DNA of 24,440 nt, from positions 1 through 24,440 of the forward strand of contig JAYWGM010000050.1 in the NCBI GenBank assembly GCA_043778225.1. The letters are read 5' to 3'. This document shows, in pieces, positions 8,745 to 17,159 of this stretch. The stretch's first letter is position 1; each line of letters begins with the position of its first letter. The DNA comes from Deinococcales bacterium. GTDB lineage: Bacteria; Deinococcota; Deinococci; Deinococcales; JAAFIG01. Made by a program: the position numbers and the translations under genes. The notes beneath the pieces are model-generated. The model was not told the origin of the DNA and made no database searches. It saw only the letters and a list, made by a program, of their open reading frames with translations.

Positions 8745-10721
8745 CTAATCGAGTGTCAGTTCCTCGGCTCGGGTCAAATGGGCTTGGCTGTCCTCGAGCG
8801 CCATAAGCCTTGAGGCTTCGGCGGCAGCTTGCAGGCTGTACTCTCGGGCTGCTTGGATTTGATTTGCACCCAGCGCATGCAGTACCAAAATGGCGGCTGG
8901 CGCACCAATAACCTCGAGCGCCCGCAGGGCTTGCAGATGCAGTGTACTTTGCAACATTTCCGAAGTCCCTTCGAGAATTGCCTCGAGAATCAAGTCGTGG
9001 GTAAAACGTGTCCCCACCATAATTTTAGCTTTCTCGAGAATTTCGATGTTGCTGGCTACTCGTTGCCAAGTCCATTCTAGTGCTACTTGGGCTAAACGGC
9101 TGCTAAACTGCTCTCCTGTGATGGCTGCAAAACGAGCCAAAAGCAAAGCCTGATTTGGTAATTTTTCTAGGCGTAATTGGGTTATTTCGTAAGCTCGAGG
9201 AATGCTTGAAAGTTGTATTTGCCGAATCTGTAGACCCCTTTCTAATAAAGCATGAGCGGTTTCGAGAACCAAAAGTGGATTGCCGCCCGTAAAACGCATA
9301 ACTTGGCTCATTAAAGGCTCAAGTCGTGGGTCAATACTTTTAAGGTATTGCTGAACGGCTTTTCTTGGCAATGGCTGTATATCAATCCATTCAGCCAAAC
9401 CAAGCTGTACCCAATCGCGTAAACTTGCTTCGATTTCGGGTTTTAAGCTATCGTTACGAAAAATAAAAACCGAACGTGGAAAACCCGGTTTATACGGCAA
9501 GAATTTAGAATGTAAATAGATGCCGGCTTTAGAAGAAGAAGGGTCAACAAATTGTACATCATCAAATAACAAGGTTGCCCACTTGCTCTCGAGCGAAGCC
9601 AAGCAATACATTTGGGCTTGGGCTTCAAAAAAACGCAAGCGGTCTTGTTCGTTATTAATGGGTGCAGGAGCAACCCCGTAAGCTGGTACAATTCGTGCCA
9701 TTTCTGAGCGCACCCAATCTGGAAGCTGTAAATCAGGATGATCCAAACGCATTTGTTCATAACAACGAGCGTGCGTGGTGTAAGGTACAAAAGAATCACC
9801 CGGTCTGCCCCAAACGTGCCAAAAAGTGCCTTTGCTACGCACAAAATCAAGTGCTAATCGGCTTTTGCCGATACCCGATTCACCCGAAATCAGAATGGTT
9901 TTACCAGCTTGCCAAGCGGCTTCCATCCGTGCCCATTCTTGCTCACGACCCAACAAAGGCAAAGCTGTCACGGGTACAACAGGTTTAGAACCCTTAAAAA
10001 CTTCAAGATTCAACAAGGCTAAACACCCTGAAGTATCACCAGATAAGGCTAACTCGAGGGCGGCTTGGGTTATTTCGACAGGCGAAACCCCATAAGCCTC
10101 GTGTAAAACTGCCATAAACGTATCAGCAGCTTTTTTACAAAGCGCACTTTCGCCTAAAGCCCCCAAAGTCAGCAACCACCAACGAGCAGCTTCTTCGCTT
10201 GGTTCAAAGCGGTCTGTCGCCGCCGCCTCGAGCCACGGCAAGGCTTGGCGCAATGCCCCGCGCTCCAAAGTTTGTCGAGCCAGTTCAAATGCCAAACGGC
10301 AACGCTCTGAAGCAAAACGCCGACGCTGGCTCTCGAGCCACTCCTCGAATTCGCCACCTAAGCCCATATGCCAATCGCGGAAACGCAAACCTTGCAAAAA
10401 CTCTTTTTCGCACAGATGAAAACGTTTGAGCGGGTCTTGACTGGACTCGAGAATATCGGATTGCACCTTGCCAAGCGCCAACGAAGAACTGTCTGCGCTA
10501 AAAATACCCGAGCCAAGCGCTGCCACAATTTCGCCACGCACCACCGAAAGGTTATTCAGGGCATCGTGAGTACCAGACCAAAACAGGGCGGCTAATTGCC
10601 GCCGCGAAGTCCGACCCTCGAGCGCTAAGTATGCAAGTAGGGCAAAGGCTTTATTGGAGAGTTTGGCAGGGTCAGACTCGAGCAACGCCCGTGGAAAACC
10701 AAAAAAATGAAGATGAATCAA
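8745..10721 (-). CDS. SARP/BTAD transcriptional regulator with STAND-type AAA ATPase
   Basis: N-terminal wHTH (KAFALLAYLALEG..SRRQLAALFW), BTAD (EFEEWLESQR, EEAARWWL), Walker A GESGIGKS, Walker B LLFDDVQ, TGGNPL and FTHDL. The likely start is TTG 10721, preceded by GGAGGG. Confidence 0.88.
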   Translation of the reverse strand: MIHLHFFGFPRALLESDPAKLSNKAFALLAYLALEGRTSRRQLAALFWSGTHDALNNLSVVRGEIVAALGSGIFSADSSSLALGKVQSDILESSQDPLKRFHLCEKEFLQGLRFRDWHMGLGGEFEEWLESQRRRFASERCRLAFELARQTLERGALRQALPWLEAAATDRFEPSEEAARWWLLTLGALGESALCKKAADTFMAVLHEAYGVSPVEITQAALELALSGDTSGCLALLNLEVFKGSKPVVPVTALPLLGREQEWARMEAAWQAGKTILISGESGIGKSRLALDFVRSKGTFWHVWGRPGDSFVPYTTHARCYEQMRLDHPDLQLPDWVRSEMARIVPAYGVAPAPINNEQDRLRFFEAQAQMYCLASLESKWATLLFDDVQFVDPSSSKAGIYLHSKFLPYKPGFPRSVFIFRNDSLKPEIEASLRDWVQLGLAEWIDIQPLPRKAVQQYLKSIDPRLEPLMSQVMRFTGGNPLLVLETAHALLERGLQIRQIQLSSIPRAYEITQLRLEKLPNQALLLARFAAITGEQFSSRLAQVALEWTWQRVASNIEILEKAKIMVGTRFTHDLILEAILEGTSEMLQSTLHLQALRALEVIGAPAAILVLHALGANQIQAAREYSLQAAAEASRLMALEDSQAHLTRAEELTLD

Positions 10722-10994
10722 GAAAACCCTCCGAATTAGATAAAAAATACCAGTGCCAATGCAATTTTTCAGTTGGGATAGATGCAAAGCATTCAAGCGG
10801 GATGACGAAAAACAAACACCAAAAAGTCCTACAAGACCATCTCAACAATCTTTACTCAGACAGCCATTGATAAGACTATCAGAAAATCAGGTTTATCCAA
10901 AGAAAGTCAGCAAAAAAGCTGTCAAGAATTCATTGATATACTTTTCTACACTCAAAAAATCGCACATCAGAAAAAGCTCATTTAGACTTTAGAT

Positions 10995-11025
10995 TAACTC
11001 AGACCTAACTCAGAGTGGATCTGAG
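10995..11025. promoter_or_regulatory. Candidate operator: TAACTCAGA direct repeat (11-bp period) plus an inverted CTCAGA/TCTGAG pair
   Basis: TAACTCAGA at 10995 and 11006; TCTGAG at 11020. Located between the divergent regulator and the peptide-lipoprotein unit. Confidence 0.45.
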
Positions 11026-11398
11026 CATCGCACCATAGACAAAAAACATGATGGACGGTACAAAATCAAGACTCCGCTAAGTCAGACTTTTTTAAGGGTA
11101 GAAACGTCAAAATTGTATTCTTAGGAATTCTTTATAAACCTAAGTTGTTAAGCAGTATCGCAGTTGCTTTGTAGGAAAAATAAAGCCTCATCAGATTTTT
11201 CAGACTAAGGGAATAAGCCATTGAAATAGCAGTATGAAAAACTTCACACTAAGTCTGAATGAGTCCGACACTCGAGAATAGGAATAAGGAGGTACACAAT
11301 TTTGCGGAAATAAGCAAACCAGAAAAAAAGCGCGAATTGGTGAGATAGCGATAAATCAAAAGCACAAAGAAACCTAAGCAGAAGTGAAAGGAAAGCAA

Positions 11399-11539
11399 AT
11401 GAAAAACAAAGCAATTTATGAAGCACCAAAACTCGAGGAACATGGAAAGTACACTGTGATAACTGGCGGTAGCGAAGAGATATTCAGTCCAGATTTTTTT
11501 GAAGTGTCTAATCTTCCAACTTTCGAGGATCTAAAATAG
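11399..11539 (+). CDS. 46-aa lasso-peptide-precursor-like small protein (below the ORF track cutoff)
   Basis: MKNKAIYEAPKLEEHGKYTVITG-GSEEIFSPDFFEVSNLPTFEDLK. AAGGA RBS 6 nt upstream, YxxPxL-xxx-G-xxxxx-T leader motif, predicted core Gly1 with Asp9. Confidence 0.78.
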   Translation: MKNKAIYEAPKLEEHGKYTVITGGSEEIFSPDFFEVSNLPTFEDLK

Positions 11540-11588
11540 AAACTCAAGTCTTTAGTTTCTAGGCACTCGTGAATAATTGAGGTCAAAT

Positions 11589-14500
11589 ATGAAAATCAAT
11601 AAAAGTCAAGTCGTCGGAGTCATAGGGGCTTTGGTGCTTGCGAGTTGCACAAGCCAAAATCTTGTACAGCCACCAAATGTTGAATCTGAACGCAGAGTCG
11701 TTGGAATTGTCAATGTTGAGTTTCTGATGTCAGAAAATAACAATTTAGTCATGGCAAATGCCAAATTTCAACCCAATTCAAAACTCTCAACCCAAACATC
11801 TCCATTGACAGATAATTCGATCACGTTGGAAAGAGTATTCGGAACACGAGTAGACTACTTTCCAACACGCCAACGCTTTGTTGCTTCAACATTAAGACTT
11901 ACGAATAATACAAATTTGGCGTTCAAAAACTTAACAATTTATGGTATCAATCGGGTAAGTAGTATCAATGGTACTGCTTTTACGAACCTGCTAAGGGAAA
12001 ATAGTACACCAATTGCAGACCCAGCAGGCACCGCAATACGAATTAAACCAAACCATGGTATGCAAATCAATGCGACAACCCTGTCACTTGCAGTAGACCC
12101 TAACAAAGCCGATTTACAGGTTATTACTCCTGCGGAAGCCGATGCTATTGAATTATTGCCTGCAATGCTAGGTCCGACAGGACTTATTGCAACCAAACAG
12201 ATTCAGCAAGTTCTCGAGTATGGATTTGTGGCACGCAACTTCGCAACTTCAGGAAATAAGCGTACAATAGCCGCTAGTGGTGGAACAGGACAGGTAAGTA
12301 TCGCCCTAAATTTACCACTTGAAACAGATTCTTTTGAAAGCCCTGCCCGTTTGTTTTGGTCATTTCTAGTTGTGGATGAACCTGTTACTCGTGTGACCCG
12401 CAGTGTCGAAGAAGGAAACGACATTCTAAATGTTGCCAATCGTGCCGATGATACTGGTGTTATTGCGCCAGATGTTCGTGAAGTCTTGATGATGGGACGC
12501 GATGTTGCCAATATTCCAACCACAACGACTTCAACAGGTGGTCAAGAGTACAAAATTGCTCCATTATCCCCAGCACTCAATTTGGTTCAAGTGCCTTACA
12601 ATCAAGTTCGTGTTGGTACAGTAGCCCCAACATTTATCAGCGACTTTGGCGAAATCTTTGTCCAAGCCAATGCTTCTCCGGGTGGTAATGGGTCTTCGGG
12701 TTTACCATTCAAAACCATTCAAGAAGGCGTAGATGTTGCTGTATTAGGCGCTAACGATATTGTTCGTGTTCGCAGTGGTACATATCCTGGCAATGTTAAT
12801 GTCAATAAAGATGTACGCATTTTCGGACCTGCGTCAGGTACAGATGGTCGTGATGTTACCCGTTGCGTAACTGGTGTTGGACCAAGCTGCGCCAGCGATG
12901 CTGTAATAAAAGGTGCAGTAACCATCTCTTCAAGTGCGGCAGCTACATTCTCGGGTTTCCGTTTCTTGGATAATAGTCCTCAGGGTGTTGCACCAGATGT
13001 TTTCTTACTCGATATTACAACTGTGCAGAACCACTTGATTGAAAATAACGTTTTCTACCGTGATGGTGTTGTTGCAGAAACCTCTCCAAATAGTGGTGTG
13101 TACGCTTTTGTGGGTGGAGGCAATACAAATAAGCAAGTTGGTGCAATTCGCACGGCTGTCGAAAATTCACCTTCAACCAACAAAATTGTTATTCAAAAGA
13201 ATCGCATTAGTGGTAATCCTGTTAATGCCTCTGGTATCTATGCTAATAAGAGTTGGGGTGCTTCCCGTGCGCCAGCAGTTAGTATCGGTGGTGGCACAAG
13301 TGGAAAACTTGACTTCAAAGACAATGATATTGATTCTGCTCGAGGTGCTTTGTACATTGATAAACCGAATGCAGACCATGTAGTCACTGGCAATACCTTC
13401 AAAGACAATGGCACAGCCTTTGGTCTGACGAATGTCACTCTTTCCAGTTTCTCAATTACTGGTAATACATTTAGTACAACAAGTGACGCAATACCACCAT
13501 TGCCAGCCAACCGTTTACTGGACCGTAAAGAAGTCACTTACTTTAACTTGCGTAACGCCGTACCAAATACGTTCACTTTAACGGCTTCCAATAACACCTA
13601 CGATGGTAAATTGCCATCTGCCATGACCAAGCCAGAATTGTTTGATCTCGAGGATCAGACCGATCACCGCATTGATGCTGCTGCTTGGGGCTTGGTGCGT
13701 TTTAAGCCAACTGAGTTGTACGTCACGATTTTCTCTTGTGCAGCCGATCCTTTGTGTAACGCCGGTGATGCCAATCCACAACGTGCCATTGATGCAGCTA
13801 CCGCAGGTGATACAGTCAACATCGAAGCTGGAACATATACCAATCAACTAAGCATCGCCAAGAATCTGAACATTGTTGGTGATGGTGCGACCACAATTAT
13901 TCAAGCTCCAGCAGGGGCAGCTTTGGTTGTGAATGGTGGTACAAACAACAATGCCAACTTAATTGATATGACTGCGGGTACGGTCAGCATGACGATGCTT
14001 AAAATTAAAGGACCGCATACTAAATCTGGTAGTCCTTGTAACAGCACCATGAAATTGAATCGTGGCATTTCTATCTCGGGTGGGGCATTAACCATGACCG
14101 ATTCGTTTATAGATTCAATTCGTGATACAGCTATATTTAATTGCGCCAATCAGGGTGTTGGTATTTATGTGGGTTCGGGTAGCCTGAATATCTCTGGTTC
14201 AGAAATTACCAATTTCCAATCTGGTGGTATTCTTGTGACTGGTGCAAGCAGCAGTGCAATCATCGATGATAATTTGATCCAAGGCAACACAGCCAACCCT
14301 GTGACTTCCAGAGGAATCGAAGTTGCCAGTGGTGGCGTGGCAACCATCACCAATAACGGTATCAAAGATGTACAATGCCCAACTTGTGTCGCCAACGAAG
14401 ATGTTGGAATTGGTATTTTGGTTCGTACCACTGGTCTTGTTACGATTACAGGTAATAACACCATCGAAAATAACGAATTGGGTATTAACGCTCGTGGTGC

Positions 14501-14963
14501 AGGGCTGAACTTGGTCATTAATACCAATACATTCACGGGTAATCTGGATGCTGGTGTGCGCTTCTTTGCCAATGAAGGTCTTTCTACACCTGCTTCGGGT
14601 AATGTTACTTTTAACACCAATACTCTGGTTGGTCCAGTCGTTCCTGGTGCATCGGTTTGCTTTGATGCAGAAACTAACTTGCTTGCCTCTGCCAGCTTGA
14701 CTGTAACAGGGACTGGTAATAAGCTCAGCAAGTGCAATTATGCAATTGAACTCAATGATTCTGCTATTATCGCCAATAAAATCAATCTGAGTTTGCAAAG
14801 CGGTAACATTGATGGTGTGACCCGTGATATGTTCAACACTGGTTCGCCTGCACCTAGTCTTCTTGACAACTGGTGGGTAACAACTGTTGGTCCATTCCCA
14901 CTCAATCTTCCAAGCATTGTAGGCGCGGCAAACACTGCACCAGTGGCAGTTGCTCCTTACTAA
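11589..14963 (+). CDS. Large surface lipoprotein with two right-handed beta-helix (pectin-lyase-fold/DUF1565-like) modules
   Basis: ATG 11589 with GAGGT RBS; lipobox LVLASC (Cys20). Beta-helix caps PFKTIQEGVD..VRVRSGTY and PQRAIDAATAGDTVNIEAGTY are followed by Asn/Gly/Ile-rich repeats (ITGNTF, IDDNLI, ITNNGI). Confidence 0.85.
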   Translation: MKINKSQVVGVIGALVLASCTSQNLVQPPNVESERRVVGIVNVEFLMSENNNLVMANAKFQPNSKLSTQTSPLTDNSITLERVFGTRVDYFPTRQRFVASTLRLTNNTNLAFKNLTIYGINRVSSINGTAFTNLLRENSTPIADPAGTAIRIKPNHGMQINATTLSLAVDPNKADLQVITPAEADAIELLPAMLGPTGLIATKQIQQVLEYGFVARNFATSGNKRTIAASGGTGQVSIALNLPLETDSFESPARLFWSFLVVDEPVTRVTRSVEEGNDILNVANRADDTGVIAPDVREVLMMGRDVANIPTTTTSTGGQEYKIAPLSPALNLVQVPYNQVRVGTVAPTFISDFGEIFVQANASPGGNGSSGLPFKTIQEGVDVAVLGANDIVRVRSGTYPGNVNVNKDVRIFGPASGTDGRDVTRCVTGVGPSCASDAVIKGAVTISSSAAATFSGFRFLDNSPQGVAPDVFLLDITTVQNHLIENNVFYRDGVVAETSPNSGVYAFVGGGNTNKQVGAIRTAVENSPSTNKIVIQKNRISGNPVNASGIYANKSWGASRAPAVSIGGGTSGKLDFKDNDIDSARGALYIDKPNADHVVTGNTFKDNGTAFGLTNVTLSSFSITGNTFSTTSDAIPPLPANRLLDRKEVTYFNLRNAVPNTFTLTASNNTYDGKLPSAMTKPELFDLEDQTDHRIDAAAWGLVRFKPTELYVTIFSCAADPLCNAGDANPQRAIDAATAGDTVNIEAGTYTNQLSIAKNLNIVGDGATTIIQAPAGAALVVNGGTNNNANLIDMTAGTVSMTMLKIKGPHTKSGSPCNSTMKLNRGISISGGALTMTDSFIDSIRDTAIFNCANQGVGIYVGSGSLNISGSEITNFQSGGILVTGASSSAIIDDNLIQGNTANPVTSRGIEVASGGVATITNNGIKDVQCPTCVANEDVGIGILVRTTGLVTITGNNTIENNELGINARGAGLNLVINTNTFTGNLDAGVRFFANEGLSTPASGNVTFNTNTLVGPVVPGASVCFDAETNLLASASLTVTGTGNKLSKCNYAIELNDSAIIANKINLSLQSGNIDGVTRDMFNTGSPAPSLLDNWWVTTVGPFPLNLPSIVGAANTAPVAVAPY

Positions 14964-14975
14964 ACAATCTCAAGT

Positions 14976-15009
14976 AAAAGAACCCCTCTTCGTGAGGGGT
15001 TTTTCTTTT
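14976..15009. terminator. Bidirectional intrinsic terminator
   Basis: AAAAG-AACCCCTC-TTCGT-GAGGGGTT-TTTCTTTT between convergent genes. Confidence 0.88.
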
Positions 15010-15021
15010 GTCCTATTGAAA

Positions 15022-15816
15022 TTAACGTTTTAAGAATCTCTTGGCTCGAGCCAAAAGCCTTTGCCAAATACTGCTTTTATGAGTTGCACGAATCCCGTGC
15101 ATTGTAATTTCATAACCCATTTTCTCGTAGAAGCGAATGTTCTCTGGATGTACCCCTAGAAAAACATGGGTATTACCAACGGCGGCAGCATCCGAATGTA
15201 TTCTTTGCATAATGGCAGTTGCTAAACCCTGCTTTCGGGCTTTGAGTTGCGTATTTACATCGCTGACCCAACTCGAGCCATCCGCGCCCTGAGAATTCCT
15301 TGCCCATGACAGCATTTTTTTATTCTCGAGAATGGCGTACAAATAACTGCCCATTTTCTGAGTTGGTAACTCAAAAAACTGAGAATTTGAGGCTACTGCT
15401 GCTTGGGCATCAAAATGCTTTCTTAAAATGCTGTGGCTGGTGCTTTGGTTCAAGTCCGAGTGAAGCGTTTTTCGCATTAAGAAAAACTTCTTAAAAGCGA
15501 CCGAACGATTTCTCGAGTAAACCAAACTCATTTGTTCTATGGCTATTTCGGATTGGCAGAAATGATACGCTGTGAAATGACTTATTTGTTCAGTTTGAAT
15601 AAATTCTAATATTGCTTTGGGATTTTGTTCAGCACTGATAATAAAAATCTCTTGCTCGCCTTGGTTTTTAATGTGCCAAATACCTGCCTTATAATGAAGT
15701 TGTGCGGCTTTGTATAAACCGCGCATGACCAGCAAATGAGCAACTACAGATTCAAGTTCGCTAGGTTTAGCGTCTGGTAGGGCAGAGTCTGGCATAATCG
15801 TAATCATACACAGCAT
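15022..15816 (-). CDS. GNAT family N-acetyltransferase
   Basis: C-terminal VSDVNT...ARKQGLATAIM (motif A) and NIRFYEKMGY. The exact start is uncertain. Confidence 0.8.
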   Translation of the reverse strand: MLCMITIMPDSALPDAKPSELESVVAHLLVMRGLYKAAQLHYKAGIWHIKNQGEQEIFIISAEQNPKAILEFIQTEQISHFTAYHFCQSEIAIEQMSLVYSRNRSVAFKKFFLMRKTLHSDLNQSTSHSILRKHFDAQAAVASNSQFFELPTQKMGSYLYAILENKKMLSWARNSQGADGSSWVSDVNTQLKARKQGLATAIMQRIHSDAAAVGNTHVFLGVHPENIRFYEKMGYEITMHGIRATHKSSIWQRLLARAKRFLKR

Positions 15817-15860
15817 CTATGGGTTTAGCGTCAACAAACGATCCTAACCAAGTAAGTCGC

Positions 15861-16454
15861 CTAGCCCAGCACTGGCTCTTCAACATCATTGGCAGCATCG
15901 GCTTCGGCAGGGGTGGTCGCACCGCGCTCACGCAGGGGCATAAAGCCGCCGTCTATGTCCGGCAAATGCGTAAATTTATCCACCATGTCAATCAGTTTTT
16001 GGGCGGTGGTTTCCTTAAAAGCAATCACTTCGACCCGTTTACCGCGTTCCATCAAGACTTCGGCAATGTCGGTAAAGTCGCCGTCGCCACTGCCCAGCAC
16101 AATCACATCCAAATGCTCTGCCAAGCGCACCATGTCGGCACAGATGCCCATGTCCCAGTTGCCTTCCCAAATAATTTTACCAGCATCGGTGGTGTGATGC
16201 ACCTGTAAGGTCATGCGCCTGACTTTATAGCCGAGGGTCGAAAGTTTATAGATAAAGGGCCAAGCACTGGTGTCGGATTCGCGTTCGACCACATACGAAA
16301 TAGCCCGAAATAACTCGCGGTTTTCGCCCGTTCCATATTTGAGGATGCTCTCGAAATTGACGGTTCGCTGGTAGTAGTCTCGAGCCGAGTGATAGAGGTT
16401 TTGGGTATCGATAAAAATACCGACTTGCGGACGAATTTTCATTGAATGCGACAT
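15861..16454 (-). CDS. NYN domain (LabA/DUF88, PIN-like) protein
   Basis: GIFIDTQNL, GNWDMGICADM, LGSGDGDF, GKRVEV; AAGGAG RBS. Confidence 0.9.
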   Translation of the reverse strand: MSHSMKIRPQVGIFIDTQNLYHSARDYYQRTVNFESILKYGTGENRELFRAISYVVERESDTSAWPFIYKLSTLGYKVRRMTLQVHHTTDAGKIIWEGNWDMGICADMVRLAEHLDVIVLGSGDGDFTDIAEVLMERGKRVEVIAFKETTAQKLIDMVDKFTHLPDIDGGFMPLRERGATTPAEADAANDVEEPVLG

Positions 16455-16521
16455 TGTAACTCCTTATTTTGTAGGGCAAAAAATAACTCGAGTCAAAAAA
16501 TAATCGAGCTTGGACTTATTT

Positions 16522-16995
16522 TCAAAAAGCGGTGCTTTTACCGCGCAATGCCATTGCGCCAAGGGCAGCAAAAGCGGCAAATAAACCAGCCACAAATAAA
16601 AATGGGGTGCGGTTGCTGGTGCGTGGAGCTTCGAGTGTAAAAGCGGCACTGCTCGAGGTGGCAGCCAGCACTTGGGTCGCCGCATAACGGGCATTGGGCT
16701 GACTGACTTTGACCGTCAGGCTTGGTGCGGCATTGAGGCTGGTCAGGTCTATTTCGCCGCCAAGGCTCGAGTCGCCAAGTTTACCGAGCGTAATTTCTTG
16801 AACCGCTTGGCTGTTACCGGGGTCCACGACCAAAACCAGAGGCGTGCCGTTATAAGAAGCATCGGCTTGGACTTGGGCGCTAATTTGGTTTTTGCCAACT
16901 TTAAGCCCGCCGGGAATCTCGAGTGCCACCTGAATTGGGGCAGCTATGGCAAGACCAGACAAGAAAACAAAAAATAGAATAAAAAATAGTTTCAT
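16522..16995 (-). CDS. Hypothetical exported protein with C-terminal membrane anchor
   Basis: Signal peptide (LAIA-A), beta-rich body, C-terminal hydrophobic helix followed by RGK; GAGGT RBS. Confidence 0.7.
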   Translation of the reverse strand: MKLFFILFFVFLSGLAIAAPIQVALEIPGGLKVGKNQISAQVQADASYNGTPLVLVVDPGNSQAVQEITLGKLGDSSLGGEIDLTSLNAAPSLTVKVSQPNARYAATQVLAATSSSAAFTLEAPRTSNRTPFLFVAGLFAAFAALGAMALRGKSTAF

Positions 16996-17117
16996 AAAGA
17001 CCTCAGTAGTTTAACACGAATCATACCGAATTAACTTACTCACTCTCATTTGACCTAAAAAGCGGTCAAACTGTCGTTCATGCGTAAATTCGGTATTTTT
17101 GGTACTCCTTTTAGTCG

Positions 17118-17148
17118 GTCAAGCAGTCAAAATACACGACTGCTTGAC
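17118..17148 (-). terminator. Stem-loop downstream of the crotonase gene (possible terminator)
   Basis: GTCAAGCAGTC-n9-GACTGCTTGAC perfect 11-bp inverted repeat, without a clear U tract. Confidence 0.45.
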
Positions 17149-17159
17149 ACAATTTGGTG

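Noticed and set aside
10722..10796. N-terminal extension of the SARP regulator in the ORF track
   Set aside because: A GGAGGG RBS precedes TTG 10721, and the family-like sequence begins there.
10753..11443. Short ORFs in the divergent intergenic region (79, 61 and 64 aa)
   Set aside because: They are low-complexity translations of AT-rich DNA with no RBS or motifs.
14165..14798. Long antisense ORFs (190 and 199 aa) inside the lipoprotein gene
   Set aside because: They are shadow frames caused by codon bias and show no motifs.
8745..15816. Complete lasso peptide biosynthetic gene cluster
   Set aside because: No RRE/B1, B2 peptidase or cyclase ORF is recognisable in the window.
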